From Deltaproteobacteria bacterium (GTDB lineage: Bacteria; Acidobacteriota; Holophagae; Holophagales; Holophagaceae): 42,988 nt of DNA. The position numbers were made by a program, and so were the translations under genes. The stretch covers positions 1 to 42,988 of the forward strand of contig JAIFMW010000111.1 in assembly GCA_020048105.1 (NCBI GenBank). The letters are read 5' to 3'. Under the pieces are notes generated by a model. The model was not told the DNA's origin. It worked only from the letters and a program-made list of their open reading frames with translations, and did not search any database. Shown in pieces: positions 25,260 to 35,067 of the stretch (positions are counted from its first letter, which is position 1; every line of letters starts with the position of its first letter).

Positions 25260-26516
25260 TCAGACGATCTCCCGCGCGCGCGGTTCCCTGTCGAAGCGTC
25301 CGCGATCAAAATTCTGCTTAAAGGCATGCATCGCAGGTTTGACTTCGGCCTTGGGAATGGGCTTCTTCTCGAGCTGCTCGAGAATCCTGGGCAGGGGATC
25401 TTCTTCGATTTTCACGCCTCGTTGGGCACGGATTAGGAACTCGGGAAGGAACCCCTGGCGATCCAGCTTTTCGCCCCCGGCCCCGACCCAACGGCGATTG
25501 ACGATCTCCGCCGCACCACCGGTCCGCAACTGGAATCGCGTGCGCTCGACGCCCATGGCGGCCGTGCGTTCTCCAAAGGTTGGCAAGGATTGTTTCTTGA
25601 GGGCGGCAGCTAGAGCCTCGGCGGGCCCGATGGAGCCAAACCCGGTGAGCACCGCGACCTTGGCGAAGGCTGCTTTTTTCTCACCCATAGCTTCCAAGAC
25701 ACGCTCGGGCTTCCCGGCCTCTTGAATGGTTAAAAAAGGAACCTTTCCCGCGAACAACCCAGCAACTTGGCTCGCTTCGGTGAGATCGCCACCGACGCAT
25801 TGGCGAAGATCCAAAACCAAAGGCAGTCGCGCATCCAAGGTATTCAGAACCGCCTGAAGTTCCTGGAACCGCCCTGCCTCAAGATCGTGCAGGGTCACAA
25901 CACTGGCCGTGGGTTCTTTCCGTATGCCGATGGCAAGTCGGGAATTTTTTCCGCGCTTGAGGGTAAGTTTTTTGGTGGTACCCGCCATGCCGTCGTACCA
26001 CAGCATGGTGACCTCGCTACCCTCGATGCCGCGGAGACTGCGTTCCACGGTCCAGGCGCTCATGGGGCCAAGGCTCTGACCATCGAGCTTTCGAATGATA
26101 TCGCCCACATGCACTCCAGCTTTTGCTGCAGGGCCATTGGGATGCACGGCGATGACCTGAGCATAGATCTGGCTCTTGCGAAGCTTCAGGCCAGGATCGG
26201 CGCTGCCGGGATCGGGCAGCCGCAAATCTTCGGGACTGAGGTAGGCGTTCAGTGGGTGCGCGCGTTCCAGCGTGCCTTGAATGCCGCCCGCGATCACCTT
26301 GCCCATATCGGGAGCGTCGACGTAGTGTTCCCGCACCAGGGCCAGCACATCCTGGATATCCGATAGACCCGCCAGGGGGTCCTGGTTGGCAGGTTTAGAT
26401 TCTTTTCGTGGGGGATCCGAATGCCGCACCACCATCGGGTAGGTGAAGGCGGCCACCAAGGGAAAGGTCAGGATTGAGAGCCAAGTGCGCTGATGCATTC
26501 TCCCAGTGTAAGCCAC
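25260..26516 (-). CDS. S41 (C-terminal processing peptidase)-like protein with a PDZ domain, probably non-catalytic
   Basis: A PDZ-like region is present (VIAVHPNGPAAKAGVHVGDIIRKLDG). The S41 core aligns by eye, but GSASASE reads GSIGPAE and TFGKG reads TFGER. The start is GTG 26516 or ATG 26498. Confidence 0.7.
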   Translation of the reverse strand: MAYTGRMHQRTWLSILTFPLVAAFTYPMVVRHSDPPRKESKPANQDPLAGLSDIQDVLALVREHYVDAPDMGKVIAGGIQGTLERAHPLNAYLSPEDLRLPDPGSADPGLKLRKSQIYAQVIAVHPNGPAAKAGVHVGDIIRKLDGQSLGPMSAWTVERSLRGIEGSEVTMLWYDGMAGTTKKLTLKRGKNSRLAIGIRKEPTASVVTLHDLEAGRFQELQAVLNTLDARLPLVLDLRQCVGGDLTEASQVAGLFAGKVPFLTIQEAGKPERVLEAMGEKKAAFAKVAVLTGFGSIGPAEALAAALKKQSLPTFGERTAAMGVERTRFQLRTGGAAEIVNRRWVGAGGEKLDRQGFLPEFLIRAQRGVKIEEDPLPRILEQLEKKPIPKAEVKPAMHAFKQNFDRGRFDREPRAREIV

Positions 26517-26520
26517 GGGC

Positions 26521-27603
26521 TCAAATCCGGGGCGCTAGATCCAAAAGACAGAGTTCCACCGCACGGTTCGGTTTGGCGCGCGAGAGTTCCCGACGTTGGG
26601 CGAGATCGCCCATCAAACGCATCAGTTCGGCCAGCAGCCTCGCCTGAAAGTCGGGGCCCTGTTCCACAACCACGGCCTGCCCGTCCTGGGCCATGGCCCG
26701 TGCGTTTTGCCGCTGATGGTCTCCGGCACTGGCGGGAAAAGGCACCAGGATCGCCGGGCGACCACAGGCCTTCAGTTCCGCGCAAGTGCTGGCGCCCGAG
26801 CGAGAGATCACCACACTGGCCGCCTCCAATTCGGTGGCCATCGACTCCAAAAAGGGCGCCAGGCGATGCCGCGCGTCATGCTCGCGCTTGGTTAATTCCT
26901 CGAAATCCCGCACTCCGGTCTGATGCACAACTTCCCAATCGGGAAAGCGCTCCAAGAGTTGTGGCGCCAGCCCCATAAGAGCCTCGTTCAAAGGGCGGGC
27001 CCCGCCGCTGCCACCCAACACCAGCAATCGATAGGGAGGCTGAAGCACATCAACCCCTGCAAATTCCCGCAGAAAATCTTCCCGCACGGGCGTTCCCACG
27101 AATCGGCAGCGCGCCCGAGGCAGCCTGCTCTCTGCCGCCGCCATGCCGCACCAGACCCGCTCCGCTCCCGGGGCCAAGAGGCGAATCAGCCAGCCGGGCT
27201 CGGCGTTGGATTCATGTAAAAAGTAGGGAATGCCCATGGAGCGAGCGGCAAAGAGGGCCGGTGCCGAAGCGTAGCCCCCCGTGGCGATGACGGCCCGCGG
27301 ACGCTGAAGCTTCCACTGAGCTCGCAGTTCGGCCATCGCTCGCCAAAGCTTCCCCATGCTTTTCACCACCCGAAGGGGCGAACGTCCAAGGAATCCTTCC
27401 ACATCCAAAAGCAAATAGGGCCAGCCGCTCTCGGGAAGCTTACCGGCTTCGATGCCGCGCTTGGCACCCACGAATACGATGGGAAGTTCAGCCCAGCGCA
27501 GCTTGGCACCTTGAGCCAGCGCCAGCGCCGGGAAGTAATGCCCGCCAGTACCGCCACCGGTAAGCACCAAAGCGTTCGAGAAATCCGGATCGATAGACAT
27601 CAT
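26521..27603 (-). CDS. murG: Undecaprenyldiphospho-muramoylpentapeptide beta-N-acetylglucosaminyltransferase
   Basis: The G-loop is LTGGGTGGHYFPALA, and GGYASAP and GASTCAELKACGRPAILVPFP blocks are present. The length is 360 aa. Confidence 0.9.
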   Translation of the reverse strand: MMSIDPDFSNALVLTGGGTGGHYFPALALAQGAKLRWAELPIVFVGAKRGIEAGKLPESGWPYLLLDVEGFLGRSPLRVVKSMGKLWRAMAELRAQWKLQRPRAVIATGGYASAPALFAARSMGIPYFLHESNAEPGWLIRLLAPGAERVWCGMAAAESRLPRARCRFVGTPVREDFLREFAGVDVLQPPYRLLVLGGSGGARPLNEALMGLAPQLLERFPDWEVVHQTGVRDFEELTKREHDARHRLAPFLESMATELEAASVVISRSGASTCAELKACGRPAILVPFPASAGDHQRQNARAMAQDGQAVVVEQGPDFQARLLAELMRLMGDLAQRRELSRAKPNRAVELCLLDLAPRI

Positions 27604-27704
27604 CCTTTCAGGCTACTCGCCCGCGCTTCTCAGCGGAATCCAGAGTCCGAGGTTAGAATCATCGGCTACGCCGTCCCCAAAAGGCGGCTTCGAATGGAGT
27701 CCAC

Positions 27705-28454
27705 ATGAAGATCCTGGTCGCCCTCAAGCAGGTGCCCGACACCGAAACAAAAATCAAAGTAGCCGCGGGCGGAACCAGCCTGGACCCAGCCGACGTCAAG
27801 TGGATCACTAGTCCCTACGACGAATACGCCCTGGAAGAAGGCCTGCGCCTGAAGGAAGCCAAGGGCGCGGAAGTGACAACCGTTTCCGTAGGCGAAGAGA
27901 AAGCCAAAGATGTGCTGCGGAATTCATTGGCCCTGGGCGCCGACAACGCTGTGCTGCTGAAATCCACCGAGACCGGCGATCCCCTGGCCGTGGCCAAGAT
28001 CCTGGCGGCCTATGCCGAAGGCAAGGGCTTCGATCTGGTGCTCTTCGGCAACAAGGGCTTCGGCTCCGATAACGGTGCGGTAGGCGCCATGGTCGCCGAA
28101 TTGCTGGGAATCTCCCAAGCCAACCTCGTCACCAAGCTGGAAGTGAGTGAAAGCACCTTCCGCGCCGAACGCGAAGGCGACGGTGGCACGGAAGTGGTCG
28201 AAGGCACCCTGCCCGCCGTGATCACAGCACAGCGTGGCCTCAACGAGCCTCGCTACGCCAGTCTGAAGGGCATCATGGCCGCCAAGAAAAAGACCATCGA
28301 AGAAGTGGATGGTGCCGCCGTCACGGCCGCCATGGCTGTGAGCGCCCTCACCCTTCCGCCCGCCCGACCCGAAGGCCGGAAACTTGATGGTGACGCCGCC
28401 ACCCAGGCTCAAACACTCCTGGGCCTGCTGCGCGACGAAGCCAAGGTTCTGTAA
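27705..28454 (+). CDS. etfB: Electron transfer flavoprotein beta subunit
   Basis: The sequence reads MKILVALKQVPDTETKIKV...NPYDEYALEE-like...DLVLFGNKGFGSDNGAVG. Confidence 0.92.
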   Translation: MKILVALKQVPDTETKIKVAAGGTSLDPADVKWITSPYDEYALEEGLRLKEAKGAEVTTVSVGEEKAKDVLRNSLALGADNAVLLKSTETGDPLAVAKILAAYAEGKGFDLVLFGNKGFGSDNGAVGAMVAELLGISQANLVTKLEVSESTFRAEREGDGGTEVVEGTLPAVITAQRGLNEPRYASLKGIMAAKKKTIEEVDGAAVTAAMAVSALTLPPARPEGRKLDGDAATQAQTLLGLLRDEAKVL

Positions 28455-28485
28455 TTATCGACCAACGTGAATTGAGGGGATAACG

Positions 28486-29448
28486 ATGATTCTGGTTTTT
28501 TGTGAACTCAAAGATGGCAAGATCCGCAAAGCAAGCCTGGAAGCGCTTTCCGAGGCACGCAAGCTCTCCGGCGAGGCACCCGTGGCCGCCCTGTTCGTGG
28601 GCGCTTCCTGTGCCGGTTCCAGTGATGCCGCCGCCTTCGGCGCCGATGCCATCATCAAGGTGGAAGGCCCCGCTCTCGGTGCCTATTCCAGCGATCTGTT
28701 TGCCGCCGTCATTGCCGATGCGGTGAAGGCCAAGGGCGCAACCGCCCTCCTGGGCGCCGCGACGCCCCTGGGCAAGGATGTGCTGCCCCGCGTGGCCGCC
28801 AAGCTCGACGCGGGCTACGCCGCCGAAGTGACCAGCCTCGCGCTGGTGGGTGGAAAGCTCCAGGCCATTCGCCCCGTGTATGCGGGCAAGGCCTTTGCCA
28901 CGGTGGATTTCACCAGCGGCATCCAGGTGGCCAGCACCCGGCCCAATGTCTTCTCGGCGACCGAATGCCCCAAGGCCGGCGCCGTGGAAACCCTGCCCGT
29001 GCCTGCGGTGGACTTCAAGGCCATCGTGAAGGAAATCCTCGCCAAGGGCGGCGGCAAGCAGGATCTCACCGAGGCCGACGTGATCGTTGCTGGTGGCCGT
29101 GGACTGAAGGAAGGCGCCAACTTCAAGCTGCTCGAAGATCTGGCGGACGCCATCGGTGGCGTGGTGGGTGCTAGCCGAGCCGCCGTGGATGCGGGCTGGG
29201 GCATTCCCCATAGCATGCAGGTGGGACAGACCGGCAAGGTCGTGAGCCCCACGCTCTACATTGCCTGCGGCATCAGCGGCGCCATTCAGCACGTCGCCGG
29301 CATGAGCGGCTCCAAGGTCATCGTCGCCATCAACAAGGATCCCGAAGCGCCGATCTTCAAGTTGGCGAACTATGGGATTGTGGGTGATCTCTTCGAGGTC
29401 CTCCCAGAGTTAACCAAGGCCGCGAAAGCCCTGTCCCTCGCCAAATAA
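28486..29448 (+). CDS. etfA: Electron transfer flavoprotein alpha subunit
   Basis: The FAD-binding C-terminal blocks are [44 protein letters not shown] and [13 protein letters not shown]. Confidence 0.92.
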   Translation: MILVFCELKDGKIRKASLEALSEARKLSGEAPVAALFVGASCAGSSDAAAFGADAIIKVEGPALGAYSSDLFAAVIADAVKAKGATALLGAATPLGKDVLPRVAAKLDAGYAAEVTSLALVGGKLQAIRPVYAGKAFATVDFTSGIQVASTRPNVFSATECPKAGAVETLPVPAVDFKAIVKEILAKGGGKQDLTEADVIVAGGRGLKEGANFKLLEDLADAIGGVVGASRAAVDAGWGIPHSMQVGQTGKVVSPTLYIACGISGAIQHVAGMSGSKVIVAINKDPEAPIFKLANYGIVGDLFEVLPELTKAAKALSLAK

Positions 29449-29459
29449 TTCCCCCTTCC

Positions 29460-29492
29460 AAAACGAGTCCCGGCAATGCCGGGACTCGTTTT
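29460..29492. terminator. Bidirectional intrinsic terminator between convergent etfA and the small acidic ORF
   Basis: A perfect 15-bp stem, AAAACGAGTCCCGGC / GCCGGGACTCGTTTT, has a 3-nt loop and A/T runs on both sides. Confidence 0.85.
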
Positions 29493-29505
29493 GTACCGAG
29501 AAAAA

Positions 29506-29724
29506 TCAAACGGGCTCAAAGCCTTCGGAATAAAGATAATCCCGAGCATCTTCGGGATCGCCGAAGCGGGCGATGATTTCCACGCCTTCGCGGGCATCCC
29601 CATCGGCTACATCCAAACTGGAGAGGCCTTCCCGAATGATGCAAGCGCCGCCGATTTCATCGAGGCCGAGTTGCACCAATTCCCATGTCACGCCATGCTC
29701 GTCGTGCCAGACTTCGACCCGCAT
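29506..29724 (-). CDS. Small acidic hypothetical protein (72 aa)
   Basis: It begins 7 nt (ATG 29724) or 1 nt (GTG 29730) after the stop of the upstream cNMP/FHA gene. The product is MRVEVWHDEHGVTWELVQLGLDEIGG...EDARDYLYSEGFEPV. I recognise no family. Confidence 0.5.
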   Translation of the reverse strand: MRVEVWHDEHGVTWELVQLGLDEIGGACIIREGLSSLDVADGDAREGVEIIARFGDPEDARDYLYSEGFEPV

Positions 29725-29730
29725 GCTCAC

Positions 29731-30453
29731 CTAGGTGGCCTTCTCGAAGAAGAGAACGACCATGCCGAAACCCACGCGATCACCGGGTTTCAGTTCGCGC
29801 GCATCGCCCGGGGCCAAGCGATCACCCTTGATGTAGGTGCCATTGGCCACGCCGTGTTCTTCCACCAGGAAGTAGCGGTTGTGCTCGCAGAGCACACGGG
29901 CATGGCGACGCGAGATGCTGAGCTGAGGATCTTCGTCGGTGAGGTCGATATCGGGATGAATCCCGGTGTTGGGATCGAAGCGGCCCACCAAGGCGCCATG
30001 GGCCGTGATCGGAAATTTTTTACCGGAAACGACGGAGACCAGGGCAGTGTTGGTCGGCACCGCGCGATTGCGGGTTCGTCCGCCTTCGGAATCGGTGCGG
30101 CTACCAAGCTCACGATTGCGCTGGGCCAAACGCTGCATCATTTTCACGGAGACTTCCGGGTTCTGGCGGATCATGCGCAGAAACGTGCCCCTGGAAATGG
30201 CGATGAGATCCGTGTCCTCTAGCGCCACCACGGTATTGCCGCGAGGGATCGGCTCCAGCAGACTGCCTTCCCCAAAGAAATCCCCCTTGGAGAGTTCCTC
30301 GGACCAATCACCGACCGGCTCTTGGCCCACATATAGCCGCACTTTTCCGGAAAGTAGGATGTACATCTGCTGGGCCATTTCGCCCTTGCGATACACAACT
30401 TCGCCCTCGCTGAAGCGAAGTCGGCTTTGCTCGATAAAACTCGAATCGGTCAT
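29731..30453 (-). CDS. Cyclic-nucleotide-binding domain / FHA domain fusion protein
   Basis: The N-terminal cNMP fold reads GEVVYRKGEMAQQMYILLSGKVRL...GDFFGEGSLL...VVALEDTDLIAI. The C-terminal FHA reads VGRFDP...DIDLTDEDPQLSISRRHARV...YFLVEEHGVANGTYIKG. The start was set at MTDSS, and no strong SD is present. Confidence 0.75.
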   Translation of the reverse strand: MTDSSFIEQSRLRFSEGEVVYRKGEMAQQMYILLSGKVRLYVGQEPVGDWSEELSKGDFFGEGSLLEPIPRGNTVVALEDTDLIAISRGTFLRMIRQNPEVSVKMMQRLAQRNRELGSRTDSEGGRTRNRAVPTNTALVSVVSGKKFPITAHGALVGRFDPNTGIHPDIDLTDEDPQLSISRRHARVLCEHNRYFLVEEHGVANGTYIKGDRLAPGDARELKPGDRVGFGMVVLFFEKAT

Positions 30454-30552
30454 GTGGGGTTTCCAAAGCTGGATTAACCATACCCTGCTCTGCGGCCGGA
30501 GGAAATGAGGCATCGAGGCGTGCCTTTTTGCCGAGTGGGCTATTCTCAATGA

Positions 30553-31578
30553 ATGCGCCTACTTCGCTGGATCCTTGCCCCTTTATCGCCCCTGTACGGC
30601 GCTGCGATCCGGGTACGCAACCGGGCCTTTGATGCCCACCCTGAGCGCGCCACCCAACTACCCGTGCCGGTGATTTCCATTGGCAATCTCAGCAGTGGCG
30701 GCACCGGCAAGACCCCCTTGACCCTGTATCTGGCCGAAGGCCTTCAGGCCGCAGGGTGGAGCAACGTGATTCTGTCACGTGGCTACGGGGGGCGGCGGGA
30801 TGTGGACCCCATGGATGTGGCTCCGGATTCCAACCCCTCCCAAACTGGCGACGAGCCCCTGATGATGGCCCGTCGCCTCGGCCCTGGGCGGGTGATCGTG
30901 GGCCGCAAACGAACGGTGGCGGGACTACGAGCCTTGGGGCGGAATCCGCGTTTACTGCTGCTGGATGATGGCTTTCAACATCGCGCCCTGCATCGCGATG
31001 TGGATTTGCTGCTATTGGATGGAGTGCGTCGCTGGGGCAATGGGAAAACGCTGCCTCTCGGCGATCTGCGTGAACCCATGGAATGCGCCCAGCGTGCTCA
31101 TGCCATGGTCGTGACAAGGGGTGCCCGAGCCCCCCGAGAAGAAATCCTGGCTTGGTGGCAACGCTATGGTTCTGGTGGTCCGGTGTTTTGGATCGATTTC
31201 GTCATCGGTGGCCTGCGGGCCCTTCCCGAGGGTTCTGCCCAACTTGAAACACAATCCGGACCGCTCTTTGCGTTCTGCGCCCTGGGTCATCCCGAAGCCT
31301 TTTATGCCGATTTGATCCTTGCGGGCCATCCCTGGGTGGGCTATCGCAGCTTCCGCGATCATCAAGCGATCACCAAGGGCACCCTTCAGCAGGTGGTGAG
31401 GGAAGCACGTCTCGCGGGGGCCGAGGGCTTGGTCTGCACGGAAAAAGACGCCGTCAAGCTCGGCCCGACCCATCTGGAAGCCCTCGATTTTCCCCTTTGG
31501 GTGGCGCAGCAGCAGGTGCAGGGTGCCGAACCTCTTTTGGACTTCCTGTTGGCCGCCCTCGCCCTCAAAAAGCCGTGA
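30553..31578 (+). CDS. lpxK: Tetraacyldisaccharide 4'-kinase
   Basis: PVPVISIGNLSSGGTGKTP is the P-loop. SRGYGG and LLDDGFQH blocks are present. Confidence 0.9.
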   Translation: MRLLRWILAPLSPLYGAAIRVRNRAFDAHPERATQLPVPVISIGNLSSGGTGKTPLTLYLAEGLQAAGWSNVILSRGYGGRRDVDPMDVAPDSNPSQTGDEPLMMARRLGPGRVIVGRKRTVAGLRALGRNPRLLLLDDGFQHRALHRDVDLLLLDGVRRWGNGKTLPLGDLREPMECAQRAHAMVVTRGARAPREEILAWWQRYGSGGPVFWIDFVIGGLRALPEGSAQLETQSGPLFAFCALGHPEAFYADLILAGHPWVGYRSFRDHQAITKGTLQQVVREARLAGAEGLVCTEKDAVKLGPTHLEALDFPLWVAQQQVQGAEPLLDFLLAALALKKP

Positions 31579-32080
31579 ATTCATCCTTGTGGCGTGGTTT
31601 CACATCCTCAACGGTTTTGCCGAAGACCAGCGATAGTCCCATCAAAATCGCGCCGCAGACGATGCAGCTATCGGCGAAGTTGAAGGTCCAGTAGTGCCAG
31701 CCGAAGAAAATGAAATCGAGAAAATCCACCACTGCACCGTGGTTGATCCGGTCCAGGCCATTCCCTAAGGCACCACCAAGAATCAAGCCCAGGGCCCAAC
31801 GTTGCAGGGTTGGCGTATTCTCTTTCAAAAATTCGTAGCCAAAATAGCCAACCGCCGCGACCCCGGCCACCAGGAAAACCAAATTGCGCACCCAAGCTGG
31901 AGCCGTGGCAAACGAACCAAAAATGGCTCCAGAATTAAACCCCAGCGTCAGATAGAAGAAACCGGGGATGACCGTCATGGGCTCGTGCGGCTTCAGGTGA
32001 GCCAGCACCCAGAGCTTGCTGGACCAATCAAGCAGCAGAGCCACAGCCGGGAGCAGAAGCCAGAGAAGTCGCCGCTTCAC
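31565..32080 (-). CDS. lspA: Lipoprotein signal peptidase II
   Basis: Four TMs are predicted. Blocks are LTLGFNSGAIFG, GGALGNGLDRINHGAVVDFLDF and FNFADSCI. The start overlaps the ileS stop, the classic ileS-lspA arrangement. Confidence 0.9.
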   Translation of the reverse strand: MKRRLLWLLLPAVALLLDWSSKLWVLAHLKPHEPMTVIPGFFYLTLGFNSGAIFGSFATAPAWVRNLVFLVAGVAAVGYFGYEFLKENTPTLQRWALGLILGGALGNGLDRINHGAVVDFLDFIFFGWHYWTFNFADSCIVCGAILMGLSLVFGKTVEDVKPRHKDEFTAF

Positions 32081-34960
32081 GCGGACCTCCCATCACTGAA
32101 AACACTCCAGCACCTGGGGCAAAGATCGGCATCCTCGCCCTGCCCGCTGCCCCCGCGATGATTCCAGCAGCGAGGACATTTCGTGCCTTCGTGAGCCTGA
32201 ACTTGCACATCGAGATCAACACCATCCAAAACGATAAGGTTTGATACAACCAGGAGCTCATCGACCGCTTCGCCCAGAGCGGCAAGCACGGCGCGATCGG
32301 CCTCACCAAGGGTGAGTGTCACCACGGCATCCAGGCTGGTGCCGATGGTCTTGGCGGCGCGGTGAGGCTCCATGGCCGCCTGCACCGCTTCACGGATTTC
32401 CCAGAAACGATCCCAGGTTGCCGAAGGCTCCGCGCCTTCGACTTCGGGGAAGCGCTGTTCGAACACGCTGCCTTCCGTGCAGGGAATATTGGCCCAGGCT
32501 TCATCGGCGGTGAAGCTGATCACCGGCGCCATGAGAATCGCCAAGCCTTCAGCCAGTTTCTTGCTGACGGTGCGGCAACTGCGGCGGCGTGGGCTATCCA
32601 TGGCATCGCAGTACAACCGATCCTTGATGATTTCGAAGTAGCGTCCCGATAATTCGAGCTGACAGAACGACAGAATCGCCTGGCTGGCCGTCAGGAAATC
32701 GTAGGACAGATACGCCTCACGAACCTGCTTCGTCAAGCGCAGGAAGGCGTTCCAGATCCAGCGATCCAGGGGCGTCCACTCAGCTTCTTCCGCGTTATCT
32801 TGCGCCGGATCGAATTCCGCCAGGGTGCCCAGCAGGAAGCGCAGGGTATTGCGCATCTTGCGATAGGCATCGGCGTTGCGCTCCAGAATTTCCTTGGAGA
32901 TGCGGATGTCCTCGCTGTAATCCACGCTGGCCACCCACAGGCGCAAGATATCGGCGCCCAGGGTCTTCATGATTTCCTCCGGCGCCCAGGGTCTTCATGA
33001 TTTCCTCGGGCGTGATCACATTGCCCAGGGATTTGGACATTTTCTGCCCTTTGCCATCCAACACGAAACCGTGCGTGACAACCGTGTCGTAGGGCTTCTT
33101 GCCGCTGGCGGCCAAGTTGAAGAGCAGGGACGAATGGAACCAACCCCGATGCTGATCCGAACCTTCCAGATAGATGAAGTTGCCGTAATCCTCGGGCGTC
33201 AACTCGGGACTCGTCTGGCAGACCACCGTGGCCGAAACACCGGAATCGATCCACACATCCAGGATGTCCGTCTCTTTCTGGAAGGTGGTGGAACCGCACG
33301 CGGTGCACGTCGCACCCGCAGGTTTCAACTGCTCCAAGGGCATATCGAACCAGGCTTCGATGCCCACTTCTTCGATGGCAGCGGCGGCCTTGGTGAAGAC
33401 ATCCGCATTCACCATCGGTTCGCCGCATTCGCTGCAGCGGAGCACGGTGATCGGCGTGCCCCAGCTGCGCTGGCGCGAGATGCACCAGTCGGGACGACCA
33501 CTGATCATGGCGTGAATGCGGTTGCGGCCCTGAGCGGGCACCCATTTGGTAGCATCCACGCCGTCCAGGCCGAGTTCCCGAAGGCTCTTGCCCTTACCGG
33601 TGAGTTCATCATCCATGGTGATAAACCACTGTTCTGTGGCCCGGAAGAAAATCGGCGTCTTGGTGCGCCAGCAGTGGGGGTAGCTGTGCTGAAGGCTTTC
33701 CAGGTGCAGCAAGGCCCCAATGGCGCGGAGTTTCTCCACTACGATGGGGTTGGTGTCGAAGATATTTTTCCCTTCGAGATCTGGATCATTGACCGCCGGA
33801 ACAAAGCGGCCATCGGGCCCCACCAGCTGCAACAACCCCAGGTGATGCGCCAAGTTGAAGTCATCCACGCCATGATCGGGGGCCGTGTGCACAAGTCCAG
33901 TGCCCGTATCCGCCGTAACGTAATCGGCCAGCAGCACCGGCGATTCGCGATCCAGCCATGCATGGCGAGCCTTGAGGCTCTGGAAAGCCAATCCCTTGCG
34001 GATGCCCTTGGTATGAAGTTCCACACCGAGTTTCTTCTGGAAATCTTCCAACAGCGACACGGCCACGATGTAGTAGCGATCGACGGCCTTCACCACGGCA
34101 TATTCCATATCGGGATGCATGGCGATGGCCAAATTGCTGGGCAGCGTCCAGGGTGTGGTGGTCCAGATGGGCAAGTAGAGGGGCGTGGGCAGATCGAGGT
34201 GCCGGGCTTCCTCATCGGAAACCGGGAAGGCCACCGTGATGGCAGGGCTGGTCTTATCCGCGTGTTCGACTTCGGCCTCGGCCAAAGCGGTGCGGGCACC
34301 ATAGCTCCAATGCACCACCTTCAGCTTGCGACGCACCGAACCGCTTTCGAACAGCTCGCCGAGCAGCCGCACCACGGCGGCTTCGTACTTGGGCTCCATG
34401 GTGACGTAGGGCGCGTCCCAGGCCCCCAGGACGCCGAGTCGCTGAAAACCGGTGCGCTGCGTATCGATCCATTTCGAAGCGTAGGCGCGGCATTTGGCCA
34501 GGAATTCCGAGCGGGGCATTTCGCGACGCTTGGGCCCGAGATCCTTTTCCACCGCATGTTCGATGGGCAGCCCGTGGCAATCCCAGCCGGGAATGTAGGG
34601 CGATTCGTAGCCATCCAGCCACAGGGATTTGACCACCATATCTTTGAGGATCTTGTTCAGGGCGTGGCCGATGTGAATGGCGCCATTGGCGTAGGGTGGG
34701 CCGTCATGCAGGATGCGGCGTCCCTTGCCCTTGCCTGCGGCATTATCGGCGCGACGCTTGGCTTCGACCCGCTCGTAGAGTTTTTCGCTCTTCCACAGTT
34801 CCAAGCGTTTGGGCTCGCGCTGCGGCAGATCCGCCTTCATCGGCAAATCCGTGCGGGGAAGGAAGACCGAATATTTCTTCTTCGCGGCCTTCGGCGCGTC
34901 CGCAGCGATCTCGCCGCCGCCCTGATGGGCAGGAATAGGGGTATTCGTCACGTCGCTCAT
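32077..34960 (-). pseudogene. ileS: Isoleucine--tRNA ligase interrupted by a 28-nt tandem duplication (frameshift)
   Basis: HIGH (PPYANGAIHIGHAL) and KMSKS are in the upstream ORF (32795-35029). The anticodon-binding part and the CPRCW...CPRCW zinc knuckle are in the downstream ORF (32077-32970). Both ORFs contain MKTLGA at the break. Removing one repeat copy gives one ~951-aa frame. Confidence 0.9.
32952..33007. repeat. Perfect 2 x 28-nt head-to-tail duplication inside ileS
   Basis: CGGCGCCCAGGGTCTTCATGATTTCCTC occurs at 32952-32979 and again at 32980-33007. Confidence 0.97.
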
Positions 34961-35067
34961 GGCGCCCTCGTGCGCTGGGAGGTCCGCACAAGGACCCCGG
35001 AGTTGATCTATCAGACTACCCGGGGACATGGAATCTTGCGAAGCCTGAACCCTGCCACACTCGCCTC

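Noticed and set aside
32795-33010. Programmed ribosomal frameshift or recoding in ileS.
   Set aside because: The frame break coincides exactly with a perfect 28-nt duplication, and I see no slippery heptamer or downstream pseudoknot. Simple duplication explains it.
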